Below are positions 52,049 to 64,000 of a stretch of 64,000 bases of DNA, in pieces; position 1 is the stretch's first letter; the number at the start of each line of letters is the position of its first letter. The position numbers and the translations under genes were made by a program. The notes under the pieces were generated by a model. That model was not told the DNA's origin, ran no database searches, and saw nothing but the letters and a program-made list of their open reading frames with translations. This DNA comes from Eledone cirrhosa (Eukaryota): positions 224,006,001 through 224,070,000 of the forward strand of contig OZ024740.1 of NCBI GenBank assembly GCA_964016885.1. The letters are read 5' to 3'.

Positions 52049-52283
52049 TACATGGAACTCCTTTAACCATCTTTTGATCTTATATTATATATATATATAT
52101 ATATTTATTAAAATTACTATATATATATATATAAAATTACTATATATATATATATATATTTATTATTATTACTATATATATATATATATTCATTAGTTAA
52201 GCAAAACAAGACCACACATTTCACAAGGGAGACATTATTTAAAGATTTTCAACATAGTTGTAGTCTAATGTAAAGAATGTAAG

Positions 52284-52335
<52 letters not shown>

Positions 52336-52337
<2 letters not shown>

Positions 52338-55300
52338 GCACGAGGTGACGGAGGTCATGAAATCGCTCCCGTAAGTTTTGAATTTTTAACATATTTAAAT
52401 CATTTGTGAAATAACAACTCTTAGTACAAATGCTACGTAAAGCACCCGGCTTGAGCCCCAAAAAATTCGGACCCAAAATATATTGTTATAAGGCTCAAAT
52501 ATTCAAATATTCAACTTTGTATTGTACACTGTATATCCAAAAAAGAAAATGGCTATAAATGGAAGAAGAACCCCCCCCCCCCCTCCTCCTCTGTCTACAC
52601 TATATAGAACAGCCAAACTCACCAACACCAGAAACTAGATACACCACCCACCCCATCACCTGTGTACACTAAACCACCACCGCTCACTACGGCCATCATT
52701 ACAACCATTATCCCATCACCGCCGCCACCACCCCTTCACTCCTCCACTGCTACCACCGCTACAGCACCATCACTACAGTAATACGGTCACATCACCGCCA
52801 CCACTGCCTCGGTATCGACATCACCACCACCACTGTCTCAGTATCGCTACCGCCGCCAGTCTCCCACTTCTTTAGCTGGCTGCTGCCACCACATTATAGA
52901 ATCCCTACTGCTAAAAAAGAGGAAGGCATCAAAATATATAGATAGACTCAAAAGAAAAAAGAAAAAACAAACAACAAAACCAAAGCAGCACAGCAACAAC
53001 AGCAAAAAACGAGAAAAACAAACAGAGAAAAACAAAAAGAAAAAAAAACAAAAAAACCCCAAAACGTAAAGAAAATAAGAATGAAGAGAGAAGCAGGCGG
53101 ACGGACAGAGAAGAGGGGGGAAAAACTAAAACTTAAAAAAACAAAAACTAAGTCAGACATTCGAACACTACATTACAATGAAACTTATGCTTATTCATTT
53201 TTGGGGCCCTTTCTGCCTGTGTGTTTGTTTGTTTATGTGTGTTCGTATACAGCGTGGTGATAATGCCACACAAGGGCCAAGTGGAATGGCGGATCCACAG
53301 ATGGATATGTAACCATACATTCGCCAATCCTCGATATGAGTGTTTAAATATCGAACATAAACAGTTCGAATAACGGTGAAATGGAGACTAGAACGTCATG
53401 TGACAGACTCTCACCCAACAGGTGCCCCCTGGCTCAGCAGCAGGAACCTGACTGTCAACCAAATACTGCTGATGTTGGAGGAAGGAGAAGAAGGAAAGGG
53501 GCCAGAACCAACTGGACGAAAGAATTGAATAGAACTGTTATGCAATGTTACCTGAAAAGTAACCCCAAGGAGAGGGGCTACAGGAGACGGATGCATAACA
53601 TCTGGAACGAGATTGGTTTATTTAAATTAGATGAATAAAAATTGGCCGGGCAGGCTCGGGTAATAAGAGCTAATGGATGGATAAGCGAGCTGGAACTGGA
53701 GGAACTGAGCAGAGAGAATGGCTTGGAGATGGCGGGTGTAGTATGCTAGACAAGCGAGCCAGTGGGAAATGAAGGTGAAGAGGTCCTGAGAACGGAGGAA
53801 CCACCCGAAGCAGACAATGATCTGAATACTGAGATAAATAATACCTGGAACAGAGATACGGCCACTGAGGAGATGAATGCTGACGGGCTAGGACAAGATT
53901 CGGTTGACATCCTAAATTTAGTGGTAGATGAATTGAACAATGATAGTGGGAGACCTATGAACCTAAGATTTGTAGACAGGAAAAAGTTAAAAGAAACAAC
54001 AGCTAAGGTAAACAAAGTCATCCCATACCTTGAGGCGAGGAGCCTTCACCAGTGCAACAGTATCCTCAAAGCAACAGCAAATACGGTGAGGAAACTACTT
54101 GGTATAAAAGCGAGAGGAAACAACAGACAAGAAAGATCAGAGCCGTGGTGGAAGAAGCGACTGAGTGGGCAAATCGGGGAAATGAGAAATGACATAGGAA
54201 AGCTTGAGTCACTACTAAATGGGACACTAAAAAACATAGGCACTAAAAATAGACTGGAAATAAAATACAAAACTAGGAGGAAAAAGCTAAATATTATCAT
54301 AGAGGAACTGAAGCAACGCATTGTAGCAAAGAGTGCAAAAATCAGGCGATACGAGAACAGAGTCAGTCAGTATAAACAGAACCGCATGTTCGACAACAAC
54401 CAGAAGATGCTGTTTGGACAGCTTGAGGGGAAAGAAAGAGGCAACGACTTGATCCCTGGGGCGGAGCAAACTAAAACATTCTGGAGAGGAATATGGGAGC
54501 AGGATGTTAGACACAATGCCCAGGCAGGGTGGATTGAGACAGTACAGAGGGAGATCGGTGAGCAGGCACAGCAACAAATTGATTTGAGTATCACAGTTGA
54601 AACTCTTAAGGGGCAGGCAAAAAAACTAACCAACTGGAAATCACCAGGCCCAGATGGTGTGCAGGGGTATTGGATTAAACATTTAACATCCCTCCACCCG
54701 AAGCTGACGGCCATGTTCAATGACTGCTTGGTGTCGGGTGAGGTGCCAGAGTGGTTGACAAAAGGTACCACAGTTCTGATAATGAAAGACCGAATCAAGG
54801 GTAATGATGTTACCAACTATAGACCTATCACATGTCTGTCCGTAATGTGGAAACTGTTGACGAGCATTGTGTCTGAGGAAATCTACCATCACCTCCACAC
54901 AAACAACTTGTTACCGGACGAACAGAAAGGATGCCGAAAGAAGTTACGTGGTACAAAGGACCAGTTACTTATTGATAAGATGGTAATGGGGAATTGCAGG
55001 AGGAGACACACTGATCTTGCCATGGGATGGATAGACTACAGAAAGGCATTTGACAAGGTGCCTCATTCCTGGATCACCAAAAGCCTGGAGATCTTCAGGG
55101 TGGCAGATAACATCAGACAGTTGCTAGGCAGGAGTATGGGGTCCTGGGAGACAGAGTTGACATCAACTGGAGTATCCTTGGGAAGCGTGAAGATCAAGAG
55201 AGGTATCTTCCAGGGAGATAGCCTGTCCCCTCTGTTGTTTGTCCTTGCCCTGATGCCCTTGACCATTATGCTGCGAAAAGTGAGAGCAGGATACAAGTTG

Positions 55301-56859
55301 GGAAGGGGAGAGCTTACCATCAATCACCTCCTCTTCATGGACGATCTTAAGCTCTTCGGGAAAAGTGAGAAGGAGTTGGATGTGCTGGTTGACACTGTCC
55401 GTATTTTCACCAGTGATATATGTATGCAGTTTGGTATTGGTAAATGTGGAGTCATTGTGATGAAGAGGGGTAGGTTGAGCAGAAGTAACGGGATCCAGAT
55501 ACCAACAGGTGAGATGATAAAGGAAATTGACTCTGAGGAAGGATACAAGTATTTGGGCGTTCTGGAGGCTGATGGCATAAAGAACAAAAAAATGAAGGAA
55601 TTGTTAAGAACTGAATACATTCGGAGAGTAAGGAGCGTATTGAAGTCACATCTGAACAGCAGAAATGCCATAAGCGCAGTAAATTCCCGAGCTGTGTCTA
55701 TTATTAGGTACAGTGCGGGAATTCTGAGATGGAATGTTGCTGAACAAAAAGAAATGGATAGGAAGACTAGGAAGCTATTGACTATCTACAACATGTTCCA
55801 CAAGAGGAGTGATGTCGATAGACTCTACCTAAGGAGATCTGAGGGTGGAAGAGGTCTTATCAGCATAGAGGACTGTGTTCAGATGGAGAAAAACAACCTA
55901 TACAAATACGTGACCTATAGTAAGGAGCCAATGCTCAGAACTGTACTGAAGGAGGGGACAGTAGGCCAGGGGATGTCCAAGGAGGAAATAACATCAAGGA
56001 GGAAGAGCAGCCTTAAGGGAAAATCCCTTCATAGTACCTTCTTTGAGAAAACGGAATTTAGAGATCCACAGACATGGAACTGGTTGAGAAGAGGAGACCT
56101 CAAAAAGGCTACAGAAGGAATGCTAATGGCTGCGCAGGAGCAGGCCCTCAAAACGAAGTGGTTGAAGCACCATATCTACAAGGAGGAGGCTAGCCCACTG
56201 TGCAGGATCTGTGGAGAGAGAGAGGAGACTGTGGCTCACATTGTGTCCGAGTGTAAACACCTAGCCCAGACCCACTATAAGGGCTGGAGACACGATGTGA
56301 TGGGCAGGGTGATCCACTGGCACCTGTGCAAAGTAAACAATTTACCACATTTTGAGAAATGGTATGAGCATAGGCCAGAGGCGGTGATGGAGAACAATCA
56401 GGTGAAGGTGCTGTGGGATTTTAGGATACAGACGGACAAAAAACTGGAACACAATAGACCTGACCTGGTGGTTGTGGACAAAGAAAAAAGAACGTGTCTG
56501 ATTGTGGATGTGGCCTGCCCGTTCGACACGAGAGTGCAAGAGAAGGAGAGGGAGAAAATTAACCGATACCAGGACCTAAAGTGGGAGGTGAAAAGGATTT
56601 GGAACTGCCATGAAGTCAAAGTGATCCCGATTGTCATAGGCGCACTGGGGACTATCTCCAAAAGTTTCCAGGGATGGTTAAAGAAAATCGGCCCCTTCAC
56701 GCTTTTTGGAACGCTTCAAAAGGCATGCTTGCTTGGAACAGCAAGAACCCTCCGATACGTCCTGAATATCTGAGGCTGCAGGTAGTGGCTTGATATTCAA
56801 TCCAACGGACTTTCCAGTTAACCAACATCAATGACTGAGATTCAAGGAATAACAACAAC

Positions 56860-56860
<1 letters not shown>
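52336..56860 (+). mobile_element. R4/Dong-clade non-LTR retrotransposon, near intact, between (AAT)n tracts
   Basis: (AAT)n at 52286-52335 and 56860-56897. The 5' region is shared with the copy at 62230. The 5' boundary is uncertain. Confidence 0.85.
53381..56773 (+). CDS. RT plus restriction-like endonuclease; two in-frame stops (53636 TAA, 53747 TAG), then 1003 aa open
   Basis: SPGPDG, YRPITCL, EQKGC, DYRKAFD, GIFQGDSLSP, FMDDLK, YKYLG, CRIC...H....C, RHD, RPDLV..D, KINRY. ORFs 53381 and 53762 share a frame. Confidence 0.92.
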
Positions 56861-56890
<30 letters not shown>

Positions 56891-56897
56891 GTAATAA

Positions 56898-59800
56898 TGA
56901 TTTCTTTATTGGCCACAAGGGCTGACATCAAGAAAAACATTGCAGACGGAACAGGGCGGTACGATGTGGGTTTTGTGCGTGTAAATATTTTTATTATTTA
57001 TATAAGAAAAGAAAAAAGACATAAAACATATATATATATATAAACAATAAAATGAAAATTGAAACAATGAAAAATTCCCTAATAGGGGGGAAACCTCCGA
57101 GGGTTACTCGTGGCGAATACCACACAAGAGACCACGGCCACCCTGACTACCAGGGGAAGCGCCCTCTCTCAATTTTCCATCTCTCAAACTACAGACGTAT
57201 ATTCAGAGTGGTCCCGTTCACTCGGACCATTCTCGCTACATTCACCCACCTTTCAACAAACTTGTTAGAAAGCAGCATTTGCCTCTCCACCCTGACTTTC
57301 CTCTTCAAGTGAAACTTGAAAAAGTTAATCAGGGATTCGCCGAAGAGGAAAGTGTTTGTCTTTAATCCTTTTAACCTTGTCCACCACACAATCTCTTTCG
57401 CCATGGCCACCAGGCAGATGAAAACCGCCTGCCCTTCCTCCTCAAAGGAAGACGGCGAGACCATCTGCACAATGGACTCAGTCTAAACCGGATCAGTCCC
57501 ACACGTGACAGCAACTGTTCGACATAGCTCCACAAGTCAGCAGTGCTCGGGCACTGAACGAGTGCGTGCACAACGGTTTCGTTGCTATGCGCGCATCTCA
57601 GACAGGCTCGGCTGATGGCACTTCCGTGCCTGTAGAGCTTATCTCGAACCGGCAGCGCTCCCCGGTAGCACTGCCAGGCCAGGGATTTTTGGAAGTTATG
57701 CATAGGCCCCGGGCTGAAAGTTCTCCGGAAAAGAGCAAGCAGCTGATCTTCTTCGACGCCCAGGATCTCTCCGAGAACGTCGTCGCTCTTCCCCTCCAAT
57801 AGTCCTCTATAGAACGCCGAGGTGGATGTTCCACCGATACTGGTTCCCAACTGGGAGAGGGCAGTGAGCGCCTGGAGACATTCCAGTTTCCAAGCGCTAT
57901 CCCTCGGTCTTTTTCTGACCCAGGACTGCAGCTCCGTCAAGGAGACGAGCTGTGGGAAAATGTGCCTGGCGCACGGCAACCACACCCGTTCACCATCAAG
58001 GAAGCACCAGAGATGTCGCAGCCTCAGCACATGTTTGCGCATCATCAGCCATGGCATGCCCAGTCCTCCACGCAACGGGTGTTGACAGCAGATGGATCGT
58101 CTGAACATGAGAGCGCGTCCCTTCCACAAAAAGCGGAAGAGGAGGCGCTAAATTTCTGTGAGAGCTGGGCTGGAGCAAGGGACGACGGTGAGGCGGTAGC
58201 AGATGACGGATGCGATGTACGCATATGCCACTTCCGCCCGGCCTTTCAGGGACAGCTTCCTCTCAGCCCATTTCTGGGTGAGAGAGGCCACCCTGCTCGT
58301 CACCTCGTTCCAGTTTTTCTCCATCTGGAGGTCCGGTCCCAACCAAAACCCGAGCAATTTAACCGTTCCGTCCGTCCAACGCCCCACGACACTGTCGGAC
58401 GGCATGGACTTGCCTCTCCAGGTGCCTAGCTGCAAGCCCACCGACTTTTCCTGGTTTATCTTTGCTCCTGTCACCGTTTCGTATTCCTTGAGAGCGGTGC
58501 CGAGCATCTGAACCTGTCTGGTGCTCGACAACACCACGGTGACGTCGTCAGCGTAAGCCGACTCGTTTTCCCGCATCTTAGTTCGCGTGGGACGCCCCTC
58601 ATCGCCCCCAGTTTGTGCCGTAACGGCTCGAGAGCCAATACGTACAAGAGGGACGAGAGGGGACAACCCTGGCGGACTGAGCGCATGATGCTGAACGGCT
58701 GCGACAGGTGACCGTTCACCCTCACAACTAAGCATTTGTCGCTGTACATTGCTGCGATCCAAGCCCTGAAAACGGGCCCGAAACCGGCCGCCTCGAGGAC
58801 CGCCGCCAGGAACCGATGGTCGACCCTATCGAATGCTTTGGATTGATCCAAGTTTATCAGGGTCCCACCCTTGCCAGGTTCCTTAACCACCCTCTCTATG
58901 ATGTATCGCATGAGGTGGAGATTGTCGTGTATGGATCTGTCCGTGATGGCGCATATCTGCACCTCTCCCACCAGACCCTTGACGACAAGCGCCAACCTCG
59001 TTGCTAACACCTTGGCCAAAATCATGAACTCTGCGTTTCGCAGAGTTATAGGCCTGAAATTATCAATAACATCCCCCTTGTTCAGGTCTTTTCTCAGCAG
59101 CGCCACTGCTCCCCGGCTCACAAAACTGGGAATGCTCCCGTTATGCTGCCAGTTGCAGTAGACGTCTGCCAAGAGGTCACCGAACAAGTCTGGCATAAAT
59201 GCATAAAGCTCGTAGGGCAGACCATCTAAACCTGGCGATTTACCTCTTGTGCAGTTAGCCATCGCTTCCCGTATTTCACCAGCTGTTATTGGCTTTTCGC
59301 AACACTGTGCTGCGGTCGTCGAGAGCCGAGGCAGTCCGTCGAGGTATGCACTGAAGTCCATGCCCCGATCCGGGCCGCCGCCGCTCCCGAACAGTTCAGC
59401 AAAGTGCTGCTGAAAAGCTTCACACATCCGCTCAGGTTAGAGCATCACGCACCCGTTTTGGTCAGACAAAGACCGAATTGTGGCTTTATTGCCACGTCGC
59501 GCCTCTGCCACCCGGGCCCATTGGACGGCTTTTGTCCCCTCGTGTTTCAGAGCACGCGCTCTAGCTCTGACAACGCAGCCTTCGTGTTGTGCGTTGAGTT
59601 GAAGAATTGGTCGAGTGCCAATCTCGCCGCAAGCATGTCGGTTGCGATGCCTGTCCTAAACGCCTCTTCTAGCTTTCTAACTAGCTCTCCCTCTACTCTA
59701 TTTTCCTTTATCACTACTCCTTTGCTAAACCTAATCGACTCTACTTTAATTGCCCTTTTCAGAGCGAACCACCACCTGTTGTTGACGACCGCTCAACTAA

Positions 59801-62170
59801 TACGCTAATCCGGTCTCTGTAGGCCTTATGCGCCGGGAAAGACGCGTTCAGCTTCCAGTAACCAGGCCCTTGTCTATGAAGTCTGTCTATGTCGATCTCA
59901 CAGATCACAAATTTGTGGTCTGTGTAGTCGACTATTTTAAATTGTAGACAACTTATACTAGCCTTATCTAGTTCCCTGCAGAATACCCTATCTAGATACG
60001 ACCTGTATGACCCGATGCGGTTTGTCCATGTCCACATTGGCACAATCGGGTGATACAGTCGATACCTGTCAGACAGTTCAAAACTTCTGAGCATGTTGGT
60101 GAGGCTCTTGCACCCTCCTCCCCTATCCACTAGCCCCACACGATCCCAGCGTGCATCCAAGATACCGTTCCAGTCGCCCACTAACACTAAAGAGCGGGAC
60201 ATTCCAAGAAAGGTCTCTAGACGTCTGAAGAAATCTGGCCGTCCTGTCCCTGTTGGGGCGTAGACGACTACTAGCCTGAAAGCATTGCCTTCGTTGCCGG
60301 TCACGTTCAGCACCACCGACTTACCTTCTGGGTCCAGGAAGATGGCCCGTATCGCGAGATCCAAGCCTCTCCGAAAAAGGACGGCTACCCCTCCCCCCGA
60401 TCATGGACGGCTGGGTGATGCGTATACATCGTAGCCGCCGAAGATCGGTGCGAAGGCTTGTGCTTTGGAGATTCTGGTTTCACTGATGGCCACCACATCT
60501 ATGTTTAGTGACCTGAGGTCATTGAGCAGAGGACCCTGCTTCCAAGATGACCCCAGGCCACGTGCATTTATACTACCTATTCTGAGTACGGCCATGTTGG
60601 ATGAGAAACGGGGCAAGTGAGAAAGGGTAACTTACCTTCTTCGTGTGGTGAAGGGACAGTAGAACCGTCCCTTTCGCTACTCATGGGTGTTTCCAAGAGG
60701 ATGTCAGTGTATATCCTCTTGGTAACCGACCCTCTGAAGTCTCCAACCGCGTTGGGGAATTTTTGTTTTAAAGGTTTGTACTGTTCTATTGAGATTTCGA
60801 TGATGCTTATGTTTGTCGGGAGAATTCTTGGTGTTGGTGGGGTGTAGTAGTTTTTTTCTGTGATGTCTGTCTGCTGCTTCATATATTGTATGAGTTCTTT
60901 TTTTGCCATGTTTATGGCAGTGTACTATTTGTGGGGAGGGGTGATTTTGTTGCTGTTTGGTGTGTGTGTCTTGTTGTGTTTGCGTTGTTGGTGTTTTTGG
61001 TGATCCTGGTGGGGGTGTGGTTGTTGTTGTCAGTGGTGCTTTTCGTGGTGATGGTGGTGGTGTTGCTGCAAGTTTCCTTGCTGCCTTTAACCCTCTTTGT
61101 ATGCCTTCGCTTTTGGAGGGTGAATCTAAGGGTTTTTTTTTTTTCTTTTTTGTGGCAGACCGTTTGCCACTTCACTCTCGCATCAAACTCCATGTCGGAT
61201 TCTGTGGCGTCTGGGAGGGTTATGTCCTCCACGGCTGTTGGTGGTGGTAGTGGACCCCTCTTCAGCAATTTTGTTGCTGGTGTAGCTACTTCAAATGGAG
61301 CTATTGGTGTTGCCGCTACTAATGATGCTGCTTTAGTTGTCCGTGACCTTGGTACGGGTGCTACGGACGTTTCCCTCCTACTCACCGTGGAAGGGGCTTC
61401 TTCGTTTGTTGCCTGCCCTGCTCTTGGTAGCAGCGGACCAGGTATTGGAAGGAGAGGTGCCTACTTCGCTGTCTTCTGCGGGCAAAAGGCCCTGAGGTGA
61501 CCTTTCGACCAACAGAGATAACATTTTGACCGTCTTCCTTCTACACTTATAGGGAGTTGGAGTCCTTCCTCGATGTCTATGGTATCGGGGATAGCGTCGA
61601 TACATTCCTGGTCAGTTTGTATAAGCATTTGCATGCCTATACCTGACCAGTTCTCTCACCCTATTTGTTCTACTTGCAGCATGGTCGCCCTGTTCTCGAT
61701 TCCAGCAAGGACAGACGTCGGGTGGGGCCTGGGTCATTTTGACCCTCACAATTTTCAGCCCGCAGTAGGAGGGCAGCAATACTATCTCCTCACTCTTTAG
61801 GGTTCCCAAAGAGTGAGACTTTGCTTCCTGGGGGTGGCGAAAAGTACGTCTACTGTGGCGTACTTTCTGCCTCGGGTGATGTGGGATTTGCGTGCCCAGA
61901 CGCACCCCAAGGCCTTTGGGATTTGAGCCTCCGTGGCTCTCTCCACTCGATGTGAGATTTTGCTTACGGTGCGGTATGTCACCGTCCGTAGTTGCTGGTC
62001 CTTGAAAAAATCGGGTGGTGGTTTCAGGGAAACTCTATTTGCGCTTCTTGTCACCATGGTCCTTGCGACTGCCATCTCCTCCTCTGTGACTAACACTGTC
62101 TCGATATTTCGGGCGACTCCTGCAAGAGAAATGGCCCCTTTTCAGCAGCACCACCATTGCTGCCGCTACT
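56898..62170 (-). mobile_element. Second L1/Tx1-type LINE (related subfamily), frameshifted
   Basis: ORF1 knuckle CYLCWSKGHLRAFC near 61500; APE (SINARGL, SET, GDWN, TDHK); RT (YADD); CLRC...ETVVHALVQC. The 3' end tttatt.gccacaaggg is shared with the copy at 24517. Confidence 0.92.
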
Positions 62171-62229
62171 GGTCTTACTGGTGGTGCTGAGATCGCTATT
62201 ACAGTAATAAGTGGACAGACAGGCAAATA

Positions 62230-64000
62230 ATTTCACCACCAACACCATCACCACTACCACGCCAAAAACTCTAGTCAAGTTACCTCAACTTCTATTTCTA
62301 CTTCAACTTCAACACCATCACTACAGTACTACGATCACATCACCACCACCACTGCCTCATTGTCGCTACCGCCGCTATTCTCTCCCACTACTTCCTGCTA
62401 AGTACTACTAGCACAGCACCACCACCACTTCCTCATTATCGCTACCGCCTATATTCTCTCCCACTACCTCCTGCTAAGGCAAGCATCGTAGTTTTCTCCA
62501 CTAACAGAGGAAGGCATCAAAAGATATAAATTAGAATGATTTGATAACCCGGTCAAAAAATCAAAAAACCAAAAATCTAAATCAAAACAGCACAGCAGCA
62601 ACTAAAAATGTAAAGAAAAGAAAAAAGAAAAGAAAAACAAACAGACAGACAGAGAATGAAAAAAAAAACTAAGTCAAACATTCAACAATTACATTACAAT
62701 GAAACTTATGTTTATTATTTTTTGTTTTGTTTTTACCTATTTATTTGTTTGTTTATTTATGTTTGTCTACAGCGTGCCACACTAAAATCACCGGTGGTTA
62801 TGTAACCATACAATCACCAATCCTCGAAAAGAGTGTTTAAATGTGGAACATAAACAATTAGAATAACGGTGAAGTGGAGACTGGAATGTCATGTGACAGA
62901 CTCTCACCCAGCAGGTGCTCCCTGGCTCAACAGCAGGGACCTGATAGTGGGAAACCTATGAACCTAAGATTTGTAGACAGGAAAAAGTTAAAAGAAACAA
63001 CAGCTAACGTAAACAACGTCATCCCATACCTTGAGGCGAGGAGCCTTCACCAGTGCAACAATATCCTCAAAGCAACAGCAAATACGGTGAGGAAATTACT
63101 TGGCATAAAAGCGAGAGGAAACAACAAACAAGCAAGATCAGAACCTTGGTGGAAGAAACGACTGAATGGTCAAATCAGGGAAATGAGAAATGACACTGGA
63201 AAGCTTGAGTCCCTACTAAATGGGACACTAAAAAACATAGACACTAAAAATAGACTGGAAATAAAGTACAAAACTAGGAGGAAAAAGCTAAATATTATCA
63301 TAGAGGAACTGATGCAACGCATTGTAGTAAAGTGTGCAAAAATTAGGCGATACGAGAGCAGAATCAGTCAGTATAGACAGAACCGCATGTTTGACAACAG
63401 CCAGAAGATGTTGTTTGGACAGCTTGAAGGGAAAGAAAGAGGCAACGACTTGATCCCTGAGGCGGAACAAACTAAGACATTCTGGAGAGGAATATGGGAG
63501 CAGGATGTTGAACATAATGATCAGGCAGTGTGGATTGAGACTGTACAAAAGGAGATTAATGAACAGGCACACCAACAAACTGATTTGAGTATCACAGTTG
63601 AAACTCTTAAGGGGCAGGCCAGAAAAATAACCAACTGGAAATCACCAGGCCCAGATGGTGTGCAGGGGTATTGGATTAAAAATATAACATCCCTCCACCC
63701 GAAACTGACAACCATGTTCAATGACTGCTTGATGTCAGGTGAGGTACCAGAGTGGTTGACAAAAGGTACCACAGTTCTGGCAATGAAAGACCGAATCAAG
63801 GGTAATGATGTTACCAACTATAGACCTATCACATGTCTGTCCGTAATTTGGAAACTATTGACAAGCATTGTGTCAGAGGAAATCTACCATCACCTCCACA
63901 CAAACAACTTGTTACCGGACGAACAGAAAGGATGCCGAAAGAAGTCCCGTGGTACAAAGGACCAGTTACTAATGATAAGATGGTAATGAGGAATTGCAAG
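62230..64000 (+). mobile_element. Second R4/Dong-like copy, running off the window end
   Basis: The 5' region aligns to about 52640-53450. ORF 62874-63986 is highly similar to 53381-54980, with an internal deletion and a frameshift near 63970. Confidence 0.9.

Larger units (their letters stand above)
47094..52088. mobile_element. Penelope-like element with a 2.1-kb inverted duplication (divergent copies)
   Basis: Arms 47184-49291 (-) and 49981-52088 (+) are nearly identical. The 689-bp spacer is unique RT sequence. (TA)n flanks both sides. Confidence 0.93.

Noticed and set aside
54046-56700. Many antisense ORFs over the LINE coding regions (also across 25-29 kb and 57-62 kb)
   Set aside because: Shadow ORFs of retroelement frames with no motifs of their own.

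Overview
This is eukaryotic, AT-rich, microsatellite-dense DNA made almost entirely of transposable elements. The repeat landscape suggests an octopus or other cephalopod intron or intergenic region; that is an inference. No host gene can be named, and there are only two weak candidate exons. Recognisable elements: Penelope-like elements (PLEs; RT plus GIY-YIG), an RTE LINE with partner tRNA-SINEs, two L1/Tx1-type LINEs, R4/Dong-type RLE retrotransposons (one nearly intact), CR1-like and Gypsy relics, a non-autonomous Helitron and a possible mariner MITE. The most striking signal does not appear in the ORF track. Many short islands embedded in (TA)n tracts carry a minimal type-I hammerhead ribozyme (HHR): about 14 motifs from about 10 unrelated sequence families. 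Nearly all have a self-complementary stem III, and they sit in fold-back or terminally redundant units. Four families use a U3-A8 core (TTGAnAA) instead of the canonical C3-G8 (CTGAnGA). All folds were derived by eye and none has been tested.
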